Assembly: GCA_963767735.1 (NCBI GenBank)
Contig: CAVYES010000007.1
Coordinates: 96,001 to 160,000 of the forward strand
Reading direction: 5' to 3'
Length of the DNA: 64,000 bases
Origin: Candidatus Bathyarchaeota archaeon
GTDB lineage: Archaea > Thermoproteota > Bathyarchaeia > Bathyarchaeales > Bathycorpusculaceae
Below are positions 38,398 to 47,915 of the stretch, piece by piece. How positions within the stretch are numbered: the stretch's first letter is position 1; each line of letters starts with the position of its first letter. The translations under genes and the position numbers were made by a program. The notes under the pieces were generated by a model that saw only the letters and a program-made list of their open reading frames with translations, was not told the origin of the DNA and did not search any database.

Positions 38398-39786
38398 TTA
38401 AAGCACTGAGTTCTTTTTTCCATATACTCTGAGATTAGGATATACTTTTTCATAAGCTAAACTTAGTTCATAATCTAATGGTTTAGAGGGATTACTTCCG
38501 TCAACTTTTAACCCAAAAAGGTAACCAATCCACTCATGAAGCATTCCCGATTCCTTAAGTTTACGTTTAAGTCTTTTTCGTAACGATTTTGGAACGGTTT
38601 TTCCTTTCTCATAAAATCCAACTTTCTGACAGCAATGCTGGAATTCCAAGTTAAAATTGCTCCGTCTTTTGTAAGACCAAGGGTGGTCTTGACCAGAAAA
38701 GTTATTCTTTTTAAAATATTCTTCCAGTAAATCTTTTGCATCTGAACCGATAAAAGTTGTATAGCCGTAGTTATTATTGACTTCCTGTCGAATTTGAACT
38801 TGATAAAAATCCTTGGTCTCATCCCATTCTCCCATGTGGAAATCATCAACAGTTAGCAATGAAAGCTTTGCGAGTTTAAGACCCATGTAACTATTTGCCA
38901 GAAGCCAACTTTTGGTGCGTAAAGGGGCTTTTTCAATCATCTTTCTAAGTTGCTCTGTGGAAATTTCTTTAACTGTACTATGTGGTTTGTATTTAGGACA
39001 AGGCAAAGTGATTTCAATTTTGTGAAAGTCGTAAAAATTCTTCATTATCGTATGATAAGAATAAGGAAAACTTACCGACTTTTCGAACCTTTTTAAATCT
39101 TCATCAGGTGAAACATACCCATTATTAGCATACTCAACTAATTCATCGGGATTCATGCCCAAAAATCTGCAATACCTTCTCATATGCGTAAGTAACTGTT
39201 GCCTATAATCCTCTGAAATTTCACCACCGTGTTCAACCTCAACATTTTTTATCCAATTCTTAATTGCCTTATAGCTCTCCTGAAGAGGCTCATTCAATTC
39301 TGCTTCGTAATTTGGTGTAAAAGTCTTTTCTTTTGTGAGTTTTACCCATGTAACTCTTAATTGTAACGGTAGCTCGTAAACCATAGTCAGCCCCTGAAAA
39401 TTGTCTTTTGCAAATCTATCCATAAACTTGCAAAGCCATTGCATATATTGTTGAGAAGTGAGTGAATCAGTGATTATCCCCTGATGTTGTGAAAAATTTC
39501 TCGCTTCATGGACTTTTCCAAGGTATCTCTTTTCATCTTCAAAAAAACTAATTCTTTTGTCTTGAATCCCACTCCAAAAATTCAATTCATTTTGCTTATC
39601 CATGAATTCTTTTGGGTCAAATTGGTAAATCTTAGCTTTCAAAATATATTCAACTGAATTATCCATGAGTATGATTGCTCCAAATCTACGCCTCTCTTGC
39701 TCTTTCGGGTCATCTTTTTGGTAGAGTTCAAGAGCGTTAATCAAACTATAAATCGACATTCCCAAAAGAGGATTCGTGTAACTCAT
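38398..39786 (-). CDS. HEPN-like domain fused to a degenerate tyrosine-recombinase fold
   Basis: AIILMDNSVEYILKA and RNFSQH (Rx4H); C-half RRYCRFLGMNPDEL, MGLKLAKL, YTTFIG, KSLRK, YLFGL. Confidence 0.65.
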   Translation of the reverse strand: MSYTNPLLGMSIYSLINALELYQKDDPKEQERRRFGAIILMDNSVEYILKAKIYQFDPKEFMDKQNELNFWSGIQDKRISFFEDEKRYLGKVHEARNFSQHQGIITDSLTSQQYMQWLCKFMDRFAKDNFQGLTMVYELPLQLRVTWVKLTKEKTFTPNYEAELNEPLQESYKAIKNWIKNVEVEHGGEISEDYRQQLLTHMRRYCRFLGMNPDELVEYANNGYVSPDEDLKRFEKSVSFPYSYHTIMKNFYDFHKIEITLPCPKYKPHSTVKEISTEQLRKMIEKAPLRTKSWLLANSYMGLKLAKLSLLTVDDFHMGEWDETKDFYQVQIRQEVNNNYGYTTFIGSDAKDLLEEYFKKNNFSGQDHPWSYKRRSNFNLEFQHCCQKVGFYEKGKTVPKSLRKRLKRKLKESGMLHEWIGYLFGLKVDGSNPSKPLDYELSLAYEKVYPNLRVYGKKNSVL

Positions 39787-39913
39787 GGGGCTTACCGATT
39801 CCTTCCTTATCTCACCTTTACATATATTATTATTTTCATTAGGTCAGTGACTTACGCTTGAAAGTAAGCGATCCCCACTTTGCAAGCACACACTTTGTTA
39901 CGAAATAACGTTC

Positions 39914-40035
39914 GATGCTCAATTTTATAAGTCAGTTTCCCAACTGGAGGATTCAAGGTAATGAGCATGCAAGCCACTCCTTTGAAGCCTAAGCGGGGTA
40001 GGGAATCGCACCTCAACTCAAGAGCCCATCCCCAG
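39914..40035 (+). repeat. Conserved element right arm, copy 1, ending in 11 bp of the tRNA-Cys 3' end
   Basis: Homologous to 44862-44980; last 36 bp identical; ends cccatccccag. Confidence 0.92.
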
Positions 40036-40260
40036 TATAATTACTGAGATGGATGTTTAGGGTTCGGTTCCCCAACCGTTTGAGGTAAGTGAAGCTACCA
40101 CTGGTTTTTACTTGAATGCACACGGTTCGCATCCGAAACAGAAACCAATAAAACTTTGCTCTTTTTAGCTTATTTTTTGTTAACGCCAAAAACTGAATAA
40201 CTGGATATGACACAATACTTAATATACCATATGATTACTTATTCTACGGTATGGGGAATC

Positions 40261-40389
40261 TTGGCGACTGAATGCCCTTACTGTCACATGGATGTTCCAA
40301 AATCTCACACTAAATTACAAAACAGCTTTTTCGCAATCGAAGTCTATAATTGTAATAAATGCAATACCAGATTCACTGTAACAAAATAA
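40261..40389 (+). CDS. Zinc-ribbon microprotein
   Basis: CPYC...CNKC within 42 aa; TTG start inferred. Confidence 0.6.
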   Translation: MATECPYCHMDVPKSHTKLQNSFFAIEVYNCNKCNTRFTVTK

Positions 40390-40531
40390 GTTGACATTTT
40401 GAAAACGGTAATTAATTTCTTTCACATTTGACACAAATATGATTAAGCAGATTTAACCAAAGCGCCAATACTGAAAAGCGCCAAAAAATCGCGGGAACGC
40501 CTTTTCAGATTCTAGCAATAAGACCAAGAAA

Positions 40532-41107
40532 CTATGCACTTGGTTTTGGAAAGTCCTGTCTCAGATACGGACAATACTTGTCTTCCAAGCGGTCATAATA
40601 CCCTACTTCCATCCCAGAAGTGCTAAGCAGCCCATATTCAGTGCAACCAAGCATCCATGATGCGACGTGTGATAGTTCAGCTCTCTCGTTTGAAGAAAAG
40701 TAGTCATACTCAATTAATTGAACAACGATAGCGCTCAGGTTTTTGAGAACATCAATGAACTGGTTAAATTTGGTTTGTCCATACTCCGCAATTCTCTTTT
40801 CAGGCAGCCAAGCAACATACTACGCAAGACTGCTTCCTGCAGATGGGTCAATGGCATACTTGTCTTCGGATAGTAATGTGCCCAGTTTTGAGGCTAATTT
40901 GCTTTTGACGGCCTCTTTAAATTTAGGGTCAACCATAGCTCTGAAACTGAAAACAACCTCCCCCTCAACTCTATCTCTGACCAAAAAATGGAGACTTTGC
41001 ACACCTTTTAATGCATCAGCAAACCTGTAAACTTCAACAAGAACCTTTTTCACCAAGCCAGGATTGCATTTGAAAACTGCCACACACCATTCATTCGACG
41101 TTGTCAT
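40532..41107 (-). pseudogene. 191-codon ORF interrupted by one in-frame TAG; remote Lant_dehydr_C-like resemblance
   Basis: Frame continues past TAG (40820-40822) as YVAWLPEKRIAEYG...ELSHVASWMLGC...PSA* ending at 40532. Confidence 0.6.
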
Positions 41108-41236
41108 TTAACATCGATAAGCGTTTCACAAGATTATACTTAAGAATATTGCTTCAATGAAAAAGGTGGATCTTATCGAATTTTAATAAAAGATGGGTGT
41201 ATTTGTCTTCGTTGGTCGAGTCCCAGAGGCAGTTTC

Positions 41237-41530
41237 TCATTTAATTTGTCGAGTCATTTTTTGAGTGATATCTGAACTAGCACTGCCTTGGTTGAACCGC
41301 ATTAAGCGCATGTTCTTTCCGTCAAGCTCTACATAAGTATTATACGTTTCTTCGTCGTTGACCCACGATCCCGTGTTCACCAAGTTTTGAGTCGGGCTAA
41401 CAAATGGTCTATGAGTATGACCGAAAACAAGCAGTTGCCCCTTTTGAACACTTTGGGCTGCTTTTTTCTCGACCTCGCCAAAAGTCGCGCCAGAAGTGGT
41501 TGATAGCCGATCCTTTGAACTGTCAGTAAC
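41237..41530 (-). pseudogene. C-terminal fragment of a calcineurin-like metallophosphoesterase
   Basis: VFGHTHRP and VNTGSW motifs; N-terminal metal motifs missing, adjacent to the IS. Confidence 0.7.
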
Positions 41531-41576
41531 CGTTACAGTGATTGAGAAAGTACCCACGTAAAGAAAAACATAAGGC

Positions 41577-42689
41577 GCGCGCTGGCTTGTCCCTTAATTA
41601 AGTCAACGTTTATTTTTGAGTTGGGGCCTCGTTTCAAATGAGTTACGTCCAAGCTTAGGAGGTGACCCCAAGCGGGACAAGATGAACACGAGACCCTAGA
41701 AACCCTCTTCAGAAACGTAGACTTAAGTTTTGCTAAAGCAGCCTTACTCGACTGCTTCCATTCCGATGGTCCAGGAAGACCCCCCAGAAACCCAATGGGA
41801 CTTTTCAGAACCTTCATCGTTATGCGCATGAAGGGCGTTCGCAGCCTAAGAGAAATGACCAGACTACTCGACGCAGACCCAAGACTTAGACGATTGTGCC
41901 TCATCAAACCAGCCGAAAAAGGTTACCCACGAAGCGTTCTCAGCAGGTTCATCCGCAAAGTCGGAGAAATCCGCCTCATTAACATAATAGACGAGAAAGT
42001 TGTTAAGCTCTCGAAACACAGCAGTGCAAGAGACGTTGATTCCATTTTTGATGCTTCCTTTATAGATGCGTGGAGTACACGTGATCCACTGGACAACCAG
42101 ACTGGCTATTCAGACAAGGAAGCCAGAGTCGGACGCGCAGGCAGATCATTCGGACTCGGCTACAAGCTGCACTTAGCTATCGATTCTGCGACTATGCTTC
42201 CTTTAGCCTGCATTTTTGCTTCGGCTAATCAGAACGAGCAGAAACACTCATTGAACCTGCTGGAGAAGACCAAGCTGATTCTCAAGCAGTCTGAGGCTAA
42301 ATTGAGAAGTGTGATAGCTGACAGCCAGTACAGCGACGGCAAACTCAGAGACGCTGTTGAACGCTGCGGTGATACCGTATCGTTCAAACCAGAAACTGGA
42401 CGTTAAGGGCTTGCTGAGAGTGGACAAGAAGTTTCGAGCCTATGGACCGGAAGAACAGAAGAAGGAGTACCACAAAAGACCTCATGTAGAGGCAGTCTAC
42501 AGCTTCCTAAAGACACAGTACAGCCTAACCGTCAATAAAGTAAGAGGCTTAGGCAACGTAGCTTCATATGCGCTCTTTAGCATTCTATGCTTAGTTCTGA
42601 ACCGAGAGGCGGCAGAAAACTTCGGAAGATACGATAAAGCAGTCTCACCAACATACTTCAACACGTAATATCGGGACAAGGCAGCGCGC
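41577..42689 (+). mobile_element. DDE insertion sequence (IS5/IS1182-like) with frameshifted transposase
   Basis: 17-bp inverted repeats gcgcgctggcttgtccc (41577-41593) and gggacaaggcagcgcgc (42673-42689), one mismatch; GRPPRNP, DAS, GYKLH, ADSQY, R..VE..S.LK motifs; frameshift near 42360. Confidence 0.85.
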
Positions 42690-42751
42690 TTAGAAGAGCT
42701 TTGTTTCAAAACTCAATTTTGATTGAAACGGAAAAAAAATAAAAAGGGAAG

Positions 42752-43636
42752 CTATTTTCTTATTGTTCTCTTTTTGACAAATGCCATTGACAGTAATAGT
42801 ACTGCTGCAAACAGTGGAAGAATTATCAAAGTTGTAAACTCAGGGACGGTGGGTGTGGATGATGGCGTTGGTGCATTTGATGTGGTTAAGGGCGTAGGGG
42901 TAGCTGTTGGAGCTGGGGTAGGTGTTGAAGATGCTGATGAAGTCGTTGAGCCTGTTGCGTAATTGCTGATATAATTATCCGATATAGCGATTAGCGAATA
43001 ACTGGCGTACTGTGACAGCTGTGTTTCGTCATAAGGCGAAAATACGAATGATGATGTACTGCCTGATAGAATGTCGGGTGTGGTAGGATATCCTGACGCA
43101 GTATCAACGACTTTTCCGCTTGAATCATAGAAAGTTGCATAAATTGCTGTAGCGGTTGCCGTTGCTGACCCTGTGTTTTGAATTTGACCCTGAACTTCAA
43201 AGATGCCTCCTAAATTTGCATTTGTGGTTGTGTTACTATTTGTGATTTCTAAGTCTTGCGGAATTGAGGCGCTAACTGATGATTTTACCACTAAAGAGTA
43301 AGTGCTAATTTGTGGAACTATAGTTGATGTTGTTTCTGAAATTTCGAATGGTGATTTGCCGTTGGGGCTGAGGGTTGCAAGAAAAGCAGATTGAGTTATT
43401 GTATCAAGAACGTTGCCGTGTGCATCACTGAGGGTTGCTGTTATTAGTACGTATGCCCAGGCAGAGCCTGTATTCTGCACTTCGCCAACTATGTTGTAAT
43501 TTCCGCTTGAATCAGTGTAGCTGCTACTTGATACTACTGTAACGCTGTCAGCTTTAACAAGATTGAGACCTGCCATACAAATCATTGATGTCAAAAGCAA
43601 TAACGAAACGAATGCAATCAATATTTTTTTATTCAT
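42752..43636 (-). CDS. Secreted FxLYD-domain protein with PEF-CTERM sorting signal
   Basis: Signal peptide, two GEVQNTG...AT(F/L)(Y/S)D repeats, PT-rich linker, VPEF + TM helix + basic tail. Confidence 0.8.
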   Translation of the reverse strand: MNKKILIAFVSLLLLTSMICMAGLNLVKADSVTVVSSSSYTDSSGNYNIVGEVQNTGSAWAYVLITATLSDAHGNVLDTITQSAFLATLSPNGKSPFEISETTSTIVPQISTYSLVVKSSVSASIPQDLEITNSNTTTNANLGGIFEVQGQIQNTGSATATATAIYATFYDSSGKVVDTASGYPTTPDILSGSTSSFVFSPYDETQLSQYASYSLIAISDNYISNYATGSTTSSASSTPTPAPTATPTPLTTSNAPTPSSTPTVPEFTTLIILPLFAAVLLLSMAFVKKRTIRK

Positions 43637-43670
43637 GTGGATTTCTCCTTATGTGTATTTTTGCCTTATG

Positions 43671-43713
43671 TGTAGGAGTGCTCTTATAAGACTAGTTAGG
43701 TAGTGCTCCTACA
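43671..43713. promoter_or_regulatory. Candidate operator: inverted repeat flanking a TATA-like box between divergent genes
   Basis: tgtaggag (43671-43678) and ctcctaca (43706-43713) around cttataag. Confidence 0.5.
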
Positions 43714-43783
43714 TACAAAATCGAAAAACTTAAACTACGCTCGTAACACAATCTAATCAGATTATGGTTTCAAATTCGGGTCG

Positions 43784-44602
43784 ATGCATTTGGAAGAACC
43801 AATTGATACTCTTACAGGTCTCGGGCTAACAGTTGTTCAAGCCAAAGTTTACGTGGCACTTGTAAAACACGGTCCATTATGCGTTAGAGAAATCTCAGTT
43901 ACTTCAAAAGTTCCCCGAACTGACCTTTATAGAATATTAGAAGAGCTTGGAAAAAAAGGTTTGACGGAAAGAGATATTGCAACCCCAATCAAATTCAAAG
44001 CAACCCCTTTAGTTGATTGCGTCAATATGTTGCTTCAAGGTAGACGAGAGGAAAGCCTTGAACTTGAAAAAAAAGCCTTTAAATTACAACAAGACCAGCA
44101 AGTGGTAACAAACAATGAATCTCCCCTAAAAGGGAAAACGAAGTTTATACTAGTCCCAAGCGGCAGAGTGATGGAGAAAATGGCAAACAATATTGATAGC
44201 TCTCAAGAAAGCCTCGATGTCGTCCTCTCATACAAACGATTCTCACATGTTGTATTCACCTATATTGAGAAGATTCAGGAGGCTCTATCAAGAGGTGTAG
44301 AATGTAGATTTGTGGTTGAAAAAGATGAAAAAGAACAACTTTCTATGAAATACACGGAGCTCTGTGGAAAAAACACTTCTTGCAGAGTCAAAAGTGTTGC
44401 TGCTATGCCTCAAACGATATTCGCTATATTCGATAAAAAATCAATTTTTATCATTGAGAATTTGCCTTCCAGCTCAGAGGAGGTATCCTCTTTGTGGTCA
44501 AACAACTCTAGCTTAGTTGCATTGGCAAGTGACCATTTTGAAGTACTATGGGAAAGATCCATGAAAGTTAAAAACAAGAAAAGTCCTGATGAAAATGTCT
44601 AG
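43784..44602 (+). CDS. TrmB-family transcriptional regulator
   Basis: LGLTVVQAKVYVAL, VPRTDLYRILEEL..KGL, C-terminal PLD-like effector domain (IFDKK, F..LW). Confidence 0.85.
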   Translation: MHLEEPIDTLTGLGLTVVQAKVYVALVKHGPLCVREISVTSKVPRTDLYRILEELGKKGLTERDIATPIKFKATPLVDCVNMLLQGRREESLELEKKAFKLQQDQQVVTNNESPLKGKTKFILVPSGRVMEKMANNIDSSQESLDVVLSYKRFSHVVFTYIEKIQEALSRGVECRFVVEKDEKEQLSMKYTELCGKNTSCRVKSVAAMPQTIFAIFDKKSIFIIENLPSSSEEVSSLWSNNSSLVALASDHFEVLWERSMKVKNKKSPDENV

Positions 44603-44861
44603 TTAGCTAGCTGTTTAAGAACTGAATAAACCGCCAACCAATTTGAAATTAAAATCATAACGAAGGCTTGTTACATTGGGGTTTTTAATTGAATTATCCT
44701 AAAAAGCCTTCAGCTCCAGATTTGATTTTACCTGGATATAATTTCGTGATTCTGGAGCTAACAAAGTCTGAAGCTTGTGGATAGCGTGGAAGAGGCACAT
44801 GCCTCTTTTCCATCTATGTGCGCGTTTGGGTTCAAGTTCAGCTCGGCTTGACCGTTTCGTT

Positions 44862-44985
44862 GATGCTCATTTTTATAAGCCAGTTTGCCACTGGAAGAGC
44901 AGGTAATTAGCATGCAAACCACTTCCTTAAACCCTAAACGGGGAAGGGAATCGCACCTCAACTCAAGAGCCCATCCCCAGCTCCA
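44862..44985 (+). repeat. Conserved element right arm, copy 2, ending in 16 bp identical to the tRNA-Cys 3' end
   Basis: cccatccccagctcca at 44970-44985 equals 37367-37382. Confidence 0.92.
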
Positions 44986-45110
44986 ATGTCTTCACCCAGA
45001 GAGGTTCAACTCCTACTTAGACAGCACATCAGGGAATGCACTTTTAAGACATTCATTAAGAGAATTCGAGGATTGAGCCATCTACAGCGGCAACGGTCTA
45101 TACAACTTTT

Positions 45111-45542
45111 TTAACCGAATTTCTTACAGTGAATCTGATTTATTCGGCTTTCAATTTTCTGTGATTTGCTGATCAAGGAAACGCGCCGCCTTGTCCCGAT
45201 ATTATGTGTTGAAGAAAGTAGATGAGACTCTTTGTCGTGTCTGCCGATGTTTTCTGCGGTTTGGTATGGGTCTGAGATGGATCCAAAACAGACTGGTTCT
45301 CTCGGTTTGCCTTTGGCTATTCTATTTTGAAGTTCTTTCTTGAGTATTTCTGGAGCGTTTATTTTTACTTTTATCTCATCTCGTTTGCAGTACCATTTGG
45401 CGTAGCAGTAAGCACAATCGTAAAGGCATCCTACATAAGCGTTGGCTGTGAGCCTAGGGGGAAAAATTAAAAAAATTAAAGGATATTGGTCTACCGATAC
45501 CAGAATTGTTTTGCAGGTCAATTCTTTTATTTCTTTTTCCAT
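45111..45542 (-). pseudogene. Truncated radical SAM protein (SPL-like family)
   Basis: NAYVGCLYDCAYCYA, VKINAPE.L..EL, GSISDPYQ, then similarity stops. Confidence 0.75.
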
Positions 45543-45836
45543 GAAATTTCAATTATGAAGCTAGTAAAAAATCTATTGAAAGATTAACTCTATTTGGCAG
45601 ATTTTGACAATTTAGCCGTAAATTAACCGTAATGAGACGTTTTGTCTTTCAGGTTGCTTTAATTTCTGCCTCTTTTGAGTCACATATTGAAGGATAAGTG
45701 TTTCGCCCACCGCAAAATTAACAATAAGTAAATTTGTGCAGACCCCCGAGCGTACTGCTATTTGATGCAAAAAACCGAAATCTCATTCTGCTTGGTTTCG
45801 GGAAGTTAGAATAAAGTCTCTATCGCGTAAATAAGG

Positions 45837-46109
45837 CTAATGTGAGCGTATCTTTTTTTTGGCACTAATTAACTTAAGATTATACCTGATTATGAACACT
45901 AATACGGGTAAGACTATGAATAAAATAGTCGCAATTACAATTTCTAAAGATTGTATAAAATTTACGTTGTGGTTTGAGTCAAAAATCAAATAAAAAACTA
46001 TTCCAAAACTAATTAACCAAATTAAGAACAACGCAATCATTTTGCTTTTTTTTCTTACATTCTTCATTAACATGTTTAGTTTATTTCTATGCCGTTGCAG
46101 ATTTAACAC
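45837..46109 (-). CDS. Small 2-TM hypothetical membrane protein
   Basis: Two hydrophobic helices with basic flanks; start uncertain. Confidence 0.45.
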   Translation of the reverse strand: MLNLQRHRNKLNMLMKNVRKKSKMIALFLIWLISFGIVFYLIFDSNHNVNFIQSLEIVIATILFIVLPVLVFIIRYNLKLISAKKKIRSH

Positions 46110-46230
46110 TTTTCGTGCTTTTTAAAAAAGACAAAAAAAGCAAAAGGTTGATTTGAAAAAACTGTTGTAGCTTATTGCAGTCACATATCATTATTAGCTA
46201 TAGCTAGTTTAGGGAACACAGGTAAGCATT

Positions 46231-46527
46231 ATGCAATTTCTTGTAACATTTACAGTGAGAGAATCAATTCTGTTGTCGGAAATAACCAGTGTACAAAATA
46301 GGATTGGGGAAACGGTACAAAAAATACTGAAAACAGGAAAAGTCAAAGAGTCAGGACTCCTTATTGATGACCGTAAAGGGTTCTTCATAATCGAGTCGGA
46401 TTCAGCCGAAGGGCTATGGAAGTGGTTAGCTCCCTTCTACGACGTTGCCAAACTAGACATACAGCCAATAGTATCGTTCGAGATTCTACCCAAAATCTTT
46501 GAGGAACTACAAAAACTCCACTACTAG
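46231..46527 (+). CDS. DUF3303 / muconolactone-isomerase-like small protein
   Basis: MQFLV start, GFFIIESDSAE.L..WLAP, IQPIV pattern. Confidence 0.6.
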   Translation: MQFLVTFTVRESILLSEITSVQNRIGETVQKILKTGKVKESGLLIDDRKGFFIIESDSAEGLWKWLAPFYDVAKLDIQPIVSFEILPKIFEELQKLHY

Positions 46528-46560
46528 AAGCATATGGAAATGCAGCGGTAGACTGAAATT

Positions 46561-46797
46561 ATGAACAAAATCTATCTATTGTTAGTTATAGATGACTGTA
46601 GAGACATTGACCTTGAAGAGTATTCCAAAACAGGGCATGTACACCGTATTAAAGGACCCATAAAAGGCTGGATATTAAATGAGGAAATAGGAATTGACAC
46701 TATTAGCGGTTTCAAATTGACCGAAGAAGAAGCTAAAAGTTGGGCAGTGGAAAGATGCAAACTTGGCGAAGAATTAACCCGACAAACCCGTTTCTGA
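46561..46797 (+). CDS. Hypothetical protein
   Basis: 78-aa ATG ORF following the previous gene. Confidence 0.4.
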   Translation: MNKIYLLLVIDDCRDIDLEEYSKTGHVHRIKGPIKGWILNEEIGIDTISGFKLTEEEAKSWAVERCKLGEELTRQTRF

Positions 46798-47249
46798 AAA
46801 AATTGTTCCTTTTGAAAAACTAATCTATATTGACCATCAAACCGTTCTGGTTGAACCTGACAGATGGGAAAAACATGTTAAATTCAAAGGATACAGAAGA
46901 GAAGATTGTGAACTGCCTGTGTTTGGCTATATAGAACTACTTGAACGGCCAGAAAAACAATGAACAAAGACAATAGAACATAATCCCGTTCTTCTTGTTG
47001 CGATTTCCAATAGCAAGTTTCTGAGTTCTGAGTAAAAAGAATAGAAGGATGTCACAACATATTGGGCACTCAAGTGGAAGCTTTTGCAGATAGATTTGTT
47101 CAACTCTGCATGTGGAAGCAAAAAAATTGCACATGTAATAATTTAAACTAAAATTTAAACGAATACCTTGTCAAACCCTAAACCAAAAAAGCAACTTAGA
47201 ACGGCTTGTTTAAAATTTGCCGCAAAACTACGCAGAACGCCGCTTCAAT

Positions 47250-47330
47250 AATCCACACAATTCCGGCACAAATCAGCACAAATCCGCACAATTCGGCACA
47301 AATCCGCACAAAAATGCACACAATCTGCAA
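47250..47330. repeat. Degenerate 10-bp tandem repeat (aatcNgcaca), about 8 units
   Basis: ttccggcaca aatcagcaca aatccgcaca attcggcaca aatccgcaca aaaatgcaca. Confidence 0.9.
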
Positions 47331-47718
47331 ACAAAACCAAGCCTAAATTAAAAAAGCAACCCAAAACAGCCTGAACAAAAATTTGCGACACAACAACTGT
47401 ATTCTGCACAAACGACAACCACACCAAAAATTAGAGACAGAGCAGCGCGCTTTGTTTATTGTTTTCGTGTGCCTCAGAATTCGTATAACTGACATCATCA
47501 AATAGGACTACCAATCCTTTCTCCGACTGACGTGTTTATCTTCATAGGCAACACGCTCTAATGCGGGCTGTTAAATAAAAATAATCGCGCTCGTTGCGCC
47601 ACAAAAGGATAAGAAATGGTAACAGAGAACAATCTATGCCGAATTTGTGTTCTCATTGCAACTTTCTTTAGGCTAAAATAAAAAAAAGGAAATACGGGTG
47701 AAATCTCTTTCTATGTGA

Positions 47719-47740
47719 GGTTCAATTCCCAGCCCCAGCT
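47719..47740 (+). repeat. Outer attR-like copy of the tRNA-Cys 3' half
   Basis: ggttcaattcccagccccagct matches 37358-37379 at 21/22. Confidence 0.88.
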
Positions 47741-47915
47741 TTTCGGTACACAGTTGGAACTTTTGGATAAATCCCTATCTTTGAACGATTAACGGATAAG
47801 ATTATACGCGTTTTCTAAATGGCTGTTTTCTGGATTCACATTTTTACGATTTTAGGAGCTTTTTGGCATATGTATATTAATTTATACTAATCTGTTATAC
47901 GAGAATTGAGGGCAG

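Larger units (their letters stand above)
37383..47740. mobile_element. Composite genomic island integrated at tRNA-Cys (three tandem att-bounded segments)
   Basis: tRNA 3'-end copies at 40025-40035, 44970-44985 and 47719-47740; integrase remnant directly after the tRNA; AT-rich accessory and truncated genes. Confidence 0.8.

Noticed and set aside
39914-47330. Repeats in the island as a CRISPR array
   Set aside because: Only two long copies 5 kb apart plus a spacerless 10-bp tandem; no regular repeat-spacer period and no cas genes.
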